A stretch of DNA of 63,794 bases, the filler included, from Candidatus Coatesbacteria bacterium (GTDB lineage: Bacteria; JAFGND01): the NCBI GenBank assembly GCA_016927185.1. It is 5 parts of 5 records of this genome, joined end to end, with 100 filler letters (N's around TTAATTAATTAA, not from the genome) between each part and the next. Parts side by side here need not be neighbours in the genome. Positions count along the whole stretch, not along the records: positions 1 to 15,888 come from JAFGND010000025.1; 4 more parts are not named here. One strand, 5' to 3'. The position numbers were made by a program, and so were the translations under genes. Positions 1 through 8,284 of this stretch are shown piece by piece. The notes under the pieces were generated by a model. That model saw only the letters and a program-made list of their open reading frames with translations. It had not been told where the DNA came from and made no database searches. The first letter of the stretch is position 1. Each line of letters begins with the position of its first letter.

Positions 1-105
1 AAAGATTTTATTTTCCAGATCATCAGGATTGGTATTAAAATCTTTCCTTTTCACCTTGTTGTATGAAATTCTTATATTGCAGATTTCACTAAGCAGTTTT
101 ATCAT
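1..105 (-). CDS. Possible 5' fragment of a gene running off the window edge (MIKLLSEICNIRISYNKVKRKDF...)
   Basis: ATG at 105 with an open frame to position 1; divergent from the 285 ORF; no recognisable motif. Confidence 0.3.
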   Translation of the reverse strand, partial: MIKLLSEICNIRISYNKVKRKDFNTNPDDLENKIF

Positions 106-284
106 GAAGCCTTGCTATTTCAGAGTGTTGATTTGTCAATGATTTATTACATGGAATGAGTCTATGGTAATAAATCGATATTGTCATTCATGAAGAGGCA
201 ATATCCATTGACAAAATAATCTGAATGGAAATTCGATAACTTTCATGAATATAAGATTAGAGCGAAAGAGCGTATAGAATAATA

Positions 285-1931
285 GTGAAATCTTTTAAAA
301 ATGCAATTTCATTTATCCAGAAGCAGGATATAAAACCGATAGTGATATTGCTTTTTATCAGTATTATATCATATCAGCTACTTCTGCCATACAATTATTT
401 CGTTTTTGATGATTGGGCTTTGTTTGCACATGGTAGTACTCTTAACTCAAGACAGGTTTTCCAGAGTTCACTGTTGGAACCTGCAAGACCTTTTTACTGG
501 CTTGTAGACCTTACTTTGTCAAGCATGGCAGGAAGAAACATTTGGATTTACAGATCTGTCTGGTTCATTTCCTGGTTGATATTACCTTTGCTTGTTTATA
601 TTTTCTTCAGGGAATATATGAATAGCAGGTATTACGCAACAATAATTTCTGTAATTTATTTGCTCCTTCCTAACAAGCATGAAATCCATCACTGGTTCAC
701 AATACTTCCTGCAAACATCCACCTTGCTCTGCTTCTGGTAACATTGACTCTTATTATAAGAGGTATGAATCAAAACAAGCAGAACCTGCTTCTTGTTTCA
801 CCTGTTTTATATATCCTGATGCTAGCGCTTTATGAAATGGCTTTAGGTCTGCCTCTCTTGATTATAATTTACTATTACATCTGGAAACCACCCATTAATA
901 AAAAATTCGTTTTCAGATATGCTTTCATAATGCTATTTTGCTTCATTTTTTATATGATCTGGAGAATGAGCAATGCATTTGGTATGGGATATGAGATTGT
1001 AGAGAGAATAAGCAGAATTAATATTTATCCTACAATGATTATTTCAAATCTGATAAATGGTCTGGAATATATATCCCCATCTGGACTGTTATGTTTTGCC
1101 AATACAGGAATGCTTGGCTGGAATTTCATTTTCAGGTTTGGTATTGCTTTATTTATCCTGCATCTTGCATCAGCATTGATTTCGGTTTTTCTGCTTATGA
1201 AGTATCTGCATGAAAAGAATGAAACCAGCAATGAGAACATTGATTATAAAAGGCATTTGTTATTTGCATTTGCATCAATGTTTATTCTTGTCCCTACGCT
1301 TTATTTCTGGGGGGGTAGTGCAATAAGACATTGGGGTTATGGAGATATAGGATTATCTGTAATAGCTTTCTGTATCTTGTTCATCATCCTGAATGCAGCA
1401 GGAAGATACAGAAAAATAGTTTCAAAATTAATGATCTTGCTGCTATTGTTTTTAATTTTCATAAACCAGGGACAGTCAATGAACTGGGCTTTTGTTTCTT
1501 ACTGGCAGGAGCTTATTTACAGGCACCTTGAAACAAGGAAGGAGGATTTATCTGAAGATAAATATATTGTTCTGATAAGTTATTCTCCATACTTGCGAAG
1601 ATATTTCAACAAAAATTTCTTACAGTCATATCCAAATTTCATAAGGGGAGTAGGATTCTACGAAACATGGATAATAGAAGGAATGTCTGTTTTTATTACT
1701 GGAAAAAAACCGAAATATTTCAAATGCAAAGATGAGTATTCCGAAATGATATTCAGGGATGATTGCATTGAATATATTGATATCAATAATTGCATCAAGA
1801 AGATAAGCATTGAAGAAGTTGTCCTCGTAGATGTAGTTGAATTGCTTGCACCTCATGCCAGAGAATGGAAAATATTGCTTCCTGAGAAAAAAACAAAGAG
1901 AATTGTACCATGGTTTTCTGAAGTGAGATGA
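285..1931 (+). CDS. Polytopic membrane protein, probable GT-C fold glycosyltransferase (GtrII/PMT-like)
   Basis: About 11-12 hydrophobic segments; DDW acidic pair after TM1 followed by RP motif (ARPF); YE motif; soluble C-terminal tail; GTG start. Confidence 0.6.
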   Translation: MKSFKNAISFIQKQDIKPIVILLFISIISYQLLLPYNYFVFDDWALFAHGSTLNSRQVFQSSLLEPARPFYWLVDLTLSSMAGRNIWIYRSVWFISWLILPLLVYIFFREYMNSRYYATIISVIYLLLPNKHEIHHWFTILPANIHLALLLVTLTLIIRGMNQNKQNLLLVSPVLYILMLALYEMALGLPLLIIIYYYIWKPPINKKFVFRYAFIMLFCFIFYMIWRMSNAFGMGYEIVERISRINIYPTMIISNLINGLEYISPSGLLCFANTGMLGWNFIFRFGIALFILHLASALISVFLLMKYLHEKNETSNENIDYKRHLLFAFASMFILVPTLYFWGGSAIRHWGYGDIGLSVIAFCILFIILNAAGRYRKIVSKLMILLLLFLIFINQGQSMNWAFVSYWQELIYRHLETRKEDLSEDKYIVLISYSPYLRRYFNKNFLQSYPNFIRGVGFYETWIIEGMSVFITGKKPKYFKCKDEYSEMIFRDDCIEYIDINNCIKKISIEEVVLVDVVELLAPHAREWKILLPEKKTKRIVPWFSEVR

Positions 1932-1940
1932 GTAAAGTTT

Positions 1941-1966
1941 AGGGAGAGCAGAAATACTCTCCCTTT
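1941..1966. terminator. Hairpin between convergent genes, probable intrinsic terminator
   Basis: AGGGAGAG-cagaaata-CTCTCCCT inverted repeat followed by TT. Confidence 0.6.
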
Positions 1967-1969
1967 GCT

Positions 1970-2692
1970 TTATTTCACTTCATACTCAATGAGATCCAGT
2001 GTAACAACTTTTTTCTCTGATGATTCTTCTAGAGTATATATAGCACTTTGCTTTACTATTCCTATATCCTTGCAATACCAGGCATAAGTATTTTCTTCAC
2101 CTTCAGTCACATATTCAGTCTTTGCACAATTAGTGAAATCGTTTCCTTTGCCGGTTTTGTTAGTAACTGTCTCGAATGAAAGTATTCTGGCAGTATAATC
2201 AGGATCTTGCGGATCACATTGCCATGAATCTCCCTGCTTAGGAGTGCATTCAAAGAATCCCTCCCAATCTGAGAAATTGGTTGATTCGTCATCACCTTTA
2301 GACCTGTAATAGGTGTTATCTTTTCCAATATAATCATGGTCATAAATCGTGTCTATATAAGTATTTCCAGAAAAATTGGTGGTGATTATCTCTGTTTCAT
2401 CAACTATCTTGCATATTGTTGAGCCTTCTACCAGTGTATCTCTTACAACCCTTAAAGTATATTCAAGTTTTATGTGCACTGGTAAACCCATGAAAGTAAT
2501 ATCTGTTTCACCACTATATTTCCAGTAACTTCCATCAGTCAAGGGAATCCAGTTTCCTTCACCTCCAGTCCCTGTACCAGAACCGGTTCCAGTTCCTGTC
2601 CCATTATCAGTAGAATCATCTCCGCAGGAAGAAAAATAGAAGCAAACAGATATAATCAGAAGGGATATTGCAAGTTTGAAAGCATGTTTCAT
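1970..2692 (-). CDS. Lipoprotein with Gly-Thr repeat linker and beta-rich domain (DUF3108-like)
   Basis: Start moved to the ATG at 2692 (AAGGAGA upstream); lipobox FSSC; CGDDSTDNGTGTGTGSGTGTGG; C-terminal WY..DIGIVK motif. Confidence 0.7.
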   Translation of the reverse strand: MKHAFKLAISLLIISVCFYFSSCGDDSTDNGTGTGTGSGTGTGGEGNWIPLTDGSYWKYSGETDITFMGLPVHIKLEYTLRVVRDTLVEGSTICKIVDETEIITTNFSGNTYIDTIYDHDYIGKDNTYYRSKGDDESTNFSDWEGFFECTPKQGDSWQCDPQDPDYTARILSFETVTNKTGKGNDFTNCAKTEYVTEGEENTYAWYCKDIGIVKQSAIYTLEESSEKKVVTLDLIEYEVK

Positions 2693-2854
2693 TATTTCTC
2701 CTTTCATTTCATTTGTTGTGAAGTTATAACTCTATATGAAATGCAAATTAAAGCAAAGTTTGTCAATAAATTTTGATCTGCAAGTTAAGTTTCCTTGACA
2801 GAATTCGATTTATTAGATTCTAATTCATAGGCACCAAATGAAAGAAAGGTTTCT

Positions 2855-3715
2855 ATGAGAGCGATTCTATTTTGTTTACTTTTATGTTCAATACTTTTTT
2901 CTGGATGCAAGAATCATATTCAACCATCCTTGATTGTAGAGGATTTTCTGACAAATCTTCAATCTGGGAAGGTTGATGAAGCAATGAAATCAATATCTCC
3001 TTCTGATGCCAAACTCCTTAAGTCAATAGATGCTATATCCAGGAAAATTAAAAAAGATTATCCAGAATTGTCTAGGGAAATTGCCCCATTTGAAGTAATT
3101 CCATTTCTTTATTTGAACCTGAAGGGAAAAACATTTAAAACTACTGTTATTAAAGCTGATAATGACAAAGCTATAGTTAATGCGTTGATAATTCCCTCAG
3201 AAAAAGACAAAAAACCAATTTCCAATACGTTTAATTTAGTTAAAAACAAGGAAGATGGAAAATGGGTTATAGTTTTGTCGCTCAATCCTGAGCTGGAAGC
3301 AAAACTTAATGAACTAGTTCCCTTGACAATGGTAAGCACTTTCTATAAATACCTCAAGGAAAACAAGATCAATGAGGCAAAGGAATTTGTTGTAGAGGGA
3401 GAGAAAACTCTTATAGATAGTGTTTTCAAAACTCCTGTAACTTCAAAACCGGAAAATCCATTACCCCAGCCCAAAGTTGATACACAACCGCAAATTAACA
3501 TCAGTCCTTATGAAAGATTGAAGAATGGAAAAATCGAATGCAGGGGAGTCAAGATAAAAGGGGAATTAGCAACTGTTAATATAAGTTTTGAAGAAGCTGA
3601 TTACAAGGAGAGTCTGAAAATTGTTAATGGAAAGTGGAGAATAGATCTTTCTGGAAGTGAGATAATGGCAAAACTTAAGCCACCACTGCCAGTTACAGAT
3701 AACTTAAAACAATAG
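2855..3715 (+). CDS. Lipoprotein with two NTF2-like (DUF4878-like) domains
   Basis: Lipobox FSGC; two repeats of P..V..F...L......A and LVK..DGKW.I / LKIVNGKWRID. Confidence 0.65.
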   Translation: MRAILFCLLLCSILFSGCKNHIQPSLIVEDFLTNLQSGKVDEAMKSISPSDAKLLKSIDAISRKIKKDYPELSREIAPFEVIPFLYLNLKGKTFKTTVIKADNDKAIVNALIIPSEKDKKPISNTFNLVKNKEDGKWVIVLSLNPELEAKLNELVPLTMVSTFYKYLKENKINEAKEFVVEGEKTLIDSVFKTPVTSKPENPLPQPKVDTQPQINISPYERLKNGKIECRGVKIKGELATVNISFEEADYKESLKIVNGKWRIDLSGSEIMAKLKPPLPVTDNLKQ

Positions 3716-3728
3716 AAAAGGATTTGAA

Positions 3729-4493
3729 ATGAGGATAACAGTTTTAACATCGATACTATTTGTTTTTGGCATTTTTATAACAGGATGCAGGGGAAATGAT
3801 CCGAAAAGCAAAGCTATCGAGTTTATGGAAAGTTGCCAGAAAGGTAATACAAAAAATGTACTGGATATCTTGAGTGATAATGATAAAAAGGTTTTTTCTG
3901 AGGTTAATGATGAAATAAAGAAAATAGCCAGTGATTATCCCTTTCTTATGAAGAAAACTGGAATGCTGAATCTTCTTGACTTGGCAGAAAAAGACTTGAA
4001 AGGAAAGAAATTCAAGGTTTTAAATATCACTTTTTATAGTAACAACAAGGCTGATGTAGAGATTGCTGTTTTTTCAATAGAATCTTCTTCAAATCCCAAA
4101 GTAATTCCAGTTAGAATGATAATGTCAAAAGATGACCAATGGAAGGTATATTTAGGATTAGGGAATGGCGAGGCAAGCAAAATAAGGGAGTCAATTCCTC
4201 TTGCTGTCACAAAAATTTTCTTTGATAACCTGACACAAGGAACAGCTAACAATTTTCTTGATTTGGTTTGCAGCTACAGAAAAGAGAAAATCAGGAGTGA
4301 AATAGAGGAAAACGCTGAAAAATTCAGATATATAACTTTTAAATATGAACCGGTGGAAATAATAGCTGATTCGGCATTTGTTCCAGTGACTGTAAAAGGC
4401 GAAAAAAATGCTGAAAAACAAATGAAGATTAAACTTGTAAAGGAAAACAGCATATGGTATATAGATTTAGAGAAGCTTCCAGCAATTATATAA
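3729..4493 (+). CDS. Lipoprotein with two NTF2-like (DUF4878-like) domains, paralog of the upstream gene
   Basis: Lipobox ITGC; shared segments with the 2855 ORF (DYP.L, LKGK.FK, W.IDL). Confidence 0.65.
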   Translation: MRITVLTSILFVFGIFITGCRGNDPKSKAIEFMESCQKGNTKNVLDILSDNDKKVFSEVNDEIKKIASDYPFLMKKTGMLNLLDLAEKDLKGKKFKVLNITFYSNNKADVEIAVFSIESSSNPKVIPVRMIMSKDDQWKVYLGLGNGEASKIRESIPLAVTKIFFDNLTQGTANNFLDLVCSYRKEKIRSEIEENAEKFRYITFKYEPVEIIADSAFVPVTVKGEKNAEKQMKIKLVKENSIWYIDLEKLPAII

Positions 4494-4506
4494 TGGAGGA
4501 AACCAG

Positions 4507-6225
4507 ATGGGAATAACCGCAGGCATTGATCTTGGAACCTCAACATCTGAAATCGGTTACCTGAAGAATGGATTTCCTTATTTGATACCAAATCATGAGG
4601 GAAAGAAAATTACTCCTTCTGTTGTAGGAATGTCTCCTCAGGGAGAGTTATTGGTAGGAGATAGAGCTAAATCACAGCAAATAGCTAATCCATCGAACAC
4701 AATTGCAGAAATAAAACGTCATATGGGAACAAATTACAGGGTTAAGTTTGCTGATAAGCTATGTACTCCCCAGGAGATTTCAGCTTTTATTCTGAGGTAT
4801 CTGAAGAGCTTTGCTGAGGATTATCTTGGTGAAATCATAGAAGAAGCAGTAATTTCAGTTCCCGCTTATTTTTCAGATACTCAGAGACAGGCAACAAAAG
4901 ATGCTGGTGAGCTTGCAGGTTTCAAGGTTGAAAGGATAATTAATGAACCTACTGCAGCAGCATTGGCTTATGGAATAAGAAATCTTGATAAAAACCAGCA
5001 TCTTCTGGTTTACGATTTGGGAGGCGGAACTTTTGATGTAAGCATTCTTGAGATGTTTGATGGTGTTCTGGAAGTAAAAGCATCAGCTGGAAACAACAGA
5101 CTTGGTGGAACAGATTTTGATCAGAGAATAATGGATTTCGTTTTAGCAGAAATAAACAAGCAATTCAAGATAGATTTAAGCAATAATATGCAATCCCTGA
5201 CAAGGATAAAAGATGCTGCAGAACAAGCAAAAATAAAGTTAAGCGATGATCCGGTTACATTAATTTCTCTTCCATATATAGGAATGAAAGATAACAAACC
5301 GGTTTCCTTCGAAACAGAGCTAACCAGAACATATTTCGAGACAATGATTACGGATCTTTTAATGTCTACATTAAGTCCTCTGGATAAAGTCCTTCATGAT
5401 GCGGATCTAGCTGCAAAAGATATTGACATAATTCTTCTAGTCGGTGGTTCAACTAAAATTCCGTTATTGAAACAGCTTATTACTGATATGTTTGCAAAAG
5501 AACCTCGCTCCTCCATAAATCCAGATGAAGCCGTTGCACTTGGAGCAACTGTTCAGGCAGGCATCAAGGCAGGTCTTTACAGTGAAGAGAAGGATATATT
5601 GATTACTGATGTATGTCCTTATACTCTCGGTACTGATGTTGTAGTAGATGTAGGTGGCGAATTATTACCTGGAGTATTTGATCCATTGATAAAGAGAAAT
5701 ACAACAATACCTACTACTGCAAAAAAAATATATGCTACATTGATAGAAAATCAGGAGAAGGTCAGGATAGGGATTTATCAAGGTGAGGAAAGCATAGCAA
5801 AGGAGAATAATTTTTTAGGAGAATGTGAGCTATTGAATATCCCTCAAGGACCTGCTGGGAAAGAGAAAATAGAAGTAGAATTCTCTTATGATATAAATGG
5901 CATCCTGAAGGTAAAGGGTATTATATTGTCAACTTCAGAATCGGTTTTTATGACTATAGATACTAGCAACAAGGTAATGAGTGCTGAAGAAAAAATAAAT
6001 GCTGCAGCTGAAGTGGAAAACATTTGGAATCACTCTCAATATATGAAAAGGGTAAATGCTCTTCTGGAGAGTGCGGAAGAGAAATTGTCTGAAATGGAAG
6101 GTACTGAGGCAGGAAGACTTCAGGAAATACTTGAAAATCTGAGAAGTGCCTTACTTAGAGACGCAATTGATGAGGTTCAGAAATGGGAAGAGGAACTGAC
6201 GGATTTTCTATTCAATCTGGAATAG
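4507..6225 (+). CDS. Hsp70-family chaperone, HscC-like (not the housekeeping DnaK)
   Basis: GIDLGTS, VPAYF, INEPTAAALAYG, DLGGGTFDVS, LVGGSTKIP, PDEAVALGA; linker DILITDVCPYTLG resembles HscC; 572 aa with short lid; GGAGGA RBS. Confidence 0.92.
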   Translation: MGITAGIDLGTSTSEIGYLKNGFPYLIPNHEGKKITPSVVGMSPQGELLVGDRAKSQQIANPSNTIAEIKRHMGTNYRVKFADKLCTPQEISAFILRYLKSFAEDYLGEIIEEAVISVPAYFSDTQRQATKDAGELAGFKVERIINEPTAAALAYGIRNLDKNQHLLVYDLGGGTFDVSILEMFDGVLEVKASAGNNRLGGTDFDQRIMDFVLAEINKQFKIDLSNNMQSLTRIKDAAEQAKIKLSDDPVTLISLPYIGMKDNKPVSFETELTRTYFETMITDLLMSTLSPLDKVLHDADLAAKDIDIILLVGGSTKIPLLKQLITDMFAKEPRSSINPDEAVALGATVQAGIKAGLYSEEKDILITDVCPYTLGTDVVVDVGGELLPGVFDPLIKRNTTIPTTAKKIYATLIENQEKVRIGIYQGEESIAKENNFLGECELLNIPQGPAGKEKIEVEFSYDINGILKVKGIILSTSESVFMTIDTSNKVMSAEEKINAAAEVENIWNHSQYMKRVNALLESAEEKLSEMEGTEAGRLQEILENLRSALLRDAIDEVQKWEEELTDFLFNLE

Positions 6226-7574
6226 AGAACTATCCTAAATGTCCTATTTGCAATGAAACAGAAGTAAGCGGAAAAATCTGCAGGAAATGCAATGTGTCTT
6301 TGCTACCCCTGAAAGCGATTTTTGAACATGCGCAGATGCAATATAACAAATCACTGGAATCTGCAAAAAAAAGCAGGTGGAAGGAGGCAAGTCATTATCT
6401 TGAAGAAGCATACAAAATTATTGGAGACAATAATGAAATACTAATACTAAAGGGGTTGATTGATTACAATAACGGAGATTTTGCATCGGCAAAAGTAAAT
6501 TGGAAAAAAGCTGATACCTTGCTTCCCAGGGATAAGGCATCTTATCTTTTAAAAGAATATATAAGTCCATGGGAAGAAGCTATTGAGTTATATAATGATG
6601 CCCTGCACTTCTGCAAGATTAAAAAATACAGTGATGCCATAGAATTACTTGAGACAATAATAGATAATCTCGGGAATGAGAAGGATAAAGGTTATTTCCT
6701 TCTTGGTCTGGCTTATGCAAAAACGGGGAAAGTTGGCAGATCAATAATTGCTTTCAACAAAATAAAGGATGAACCGGAATTAAGCAGATCGAGATTTATA
6801 ATGGATTCATTGGAGATGAAACCTGGCAAGAAACAAGAAACAGGCAAAAGCAGTTTCATGATTTATGGCCTCTCAGGCATTCTTGCAGGTGTTATAATCA
6901 CTTCTGCGTTGTTGTTTTTATTACCATCCTACCTGCAGAACAAAACAAGAGAACCTGAAATAGTCTCCCCCAAAGTAATAGTAAAAGAAAAACTAAAAGA
7001 TCCTGATTTGAATTTGAAAATCTATAAACTGAGTAATACATTGATTTCTCTCAGGGTTAAAATGGAATGGCTGCAATTCAAGGTTTTCATGCAGGAACAG
7101 GATTATCTTAGTGCTGCATTGCTCACTAAAAGCATAAGAGAGATAGATTTGTCTGAAGAAGAGAGAATAGAGTTTAACAGAATGAAAGAAGAAGCACTCA
7201 TAAAAGCTGGTTGGATTCTGCTTAGAAAGGCAGAGGAAGATGCAAGAGGGAAGTATTTTGAAAGTGCTATTGATAATGCTAAATTATCATTTGAATTCTC
7301 TCCCAATCAATATTATTCGCAAAGGGCATACATGCTTCAGATTGAATCACTGCTTGCACTTTCAAGGAAAGAAGAAGCACTGAAGCTTTACCAGAATTTT
7401 TATAATAACTTTCCAAGGTATGGCGAAATAGACAGGATTTTGCAGCAGGGATATAATATTGCAGTGGAATTGAATGATGAAAAGGCAATTGATGATATTT
7501 TATCTCAACTTCGTTCTTATGCACCCTTTTCAGGAATTACAAGGGAGTTGAATAAAAGGAGAGATAGAGATTGA
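6183..7574 (+). CDS. Zn-ribbon + TPR + single TM + TPR protein
   Basis: CPIC-x9-CRKC; TPR-like helices (GYFLLGLAYAKTG); hydrophobic helix FMIYGLSGILAGVIITSALLFLL; C-terminal TPR (EALKLYQNFYNNFP); overlaps Hsp70 end by 43 nt. Confidence 0.75.
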   Translation: MGRGTDGFSIQSGIENYPKCPICNETEVSGKICRKCNVSLLPLKAIFEHAQMQYNKSLESAKKSRWKEASHYLEEAYKIIGDNNEILILKGLIDYNNGDFASAKVNWKKADTLLPRDKASYLLKEYISPWEEAIELYNDALHFCKIKKYSDAIELLETIIDNLGNEKDKGYFLLGLAYAKTGKVGRSIIAFNKIKDEPELSRSRFIMDSLEMKPGKKQETGKSSFMIYGLSGILAGVIITSALLFLLPSYLQNKTREPEIVSPKVIVKEKLKDPDLNLKIYKLSNTLISLRVKMEWLQFKVFMQEQDYLSAALLTKSIREIDLSEEERIEFNRMKEEALIKAGWILLRKAEEDARGKYFESAIDNAKLSFEFSPNQYYSQRAYMLQIESLLALSRKEEALKLYQNFYNNFPRYGEIDRILQQGYNIAVELNDEKAIDDILSQLRSYAPFSGITRELNKRRDRD

Positions 7575-8278
7575 AAAAAAATGCAAGATTACTTATTATT
7601 GTTTTATTAACAGGAGTTTTTAATATGTGTAGCAATTCTAACAAAACAAGTGCTGAGAACAATGATAATTCTGATGCAGTTTCCAGTGAGATAGTTCTTC
7701 CTTCTCCCAGCAAAGACGGGAAGGTTTCTGTAGAAAAAGCACTTCAAGAAAGGCGTTCAATAAGAAGATTTAAAGATACTCCACTATCACTAGGTATTGT
7801 TTCGCAAATGATGTGGGCTGCTTATGGAACAACAAATGAAAGAGGTTTCAAGACGACCCCATCTGCAGGAGCAATTTATCCTCTTGAATTTTATGTTGCA
7901 ATTAGCAAGGTTGAAGGGATTGAAGCAGGTTTGTATAAATATAATTCTCTTCATCACAAGTTGAAACTGATAAAGAGTGGGGATTTGAGAAAGGATCTTT
8001 CAGAAGCGTCATTGGGGCAAAGTTGTATAAAAAACGCATCGTTTATTATTATCTTCACTGCAGTATTTGGAAGCATAAAATTGAGATATGGCAACAGGGG
8101 AATCCAGTATACACATAATGAGGTTGGTCATGCCGGACAGAACATCTATTTACAGGCAGTTTCCCTTAATATTGGAACAGTTGTAGTTGGAGCGTTTGTT
8201 GAGGAAAAAGTGAAAGCTGTTCTTGATCTTAAGGATAATCAATCAGTCTTGTACATGATGCCTGTTGGGCAGAAGTAA
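7571..8278 (+). CDS. SagB/ThcOx-family nitroreductase-like flavoprotein
   Basis: RRSIRRF, PSAGAIYPLE, RYGNRG, EVGHAGQNIYLQA, VGAF motifs; start may instead be the internal Met (MCSNS) with AGGAG upstream. Confidence 0.9.
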   Translation: MKKNARLLIIVLLTGVFNMCSNSNKTSAENNDNSDAVSSEIVLPSPSKDGKVSVEKALQERRSIRRFKDTPLSLGIVSQMMWAAYGTTNERGFKTTPSAGAIYPLEFYVAISKVEGIEAGLYKYNSLHHKLKLIKSGDLRKDLSEASLGQSCIKNASFIIIFTAVFGSIKLRYGNRGIQYTHNEVGHAGQNIYLQAVSLNIGTVVVGAFVEEKVKAVLDLKDNQSVLYMMPVGQK

Positions 8279-8284
8279 GCGGGA

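Noticed and set aside
4507..6225. Housekeeping dnaK
   Set aside because: No grpE/dnaJ/hrcA context, shorter length and HscC-type linker
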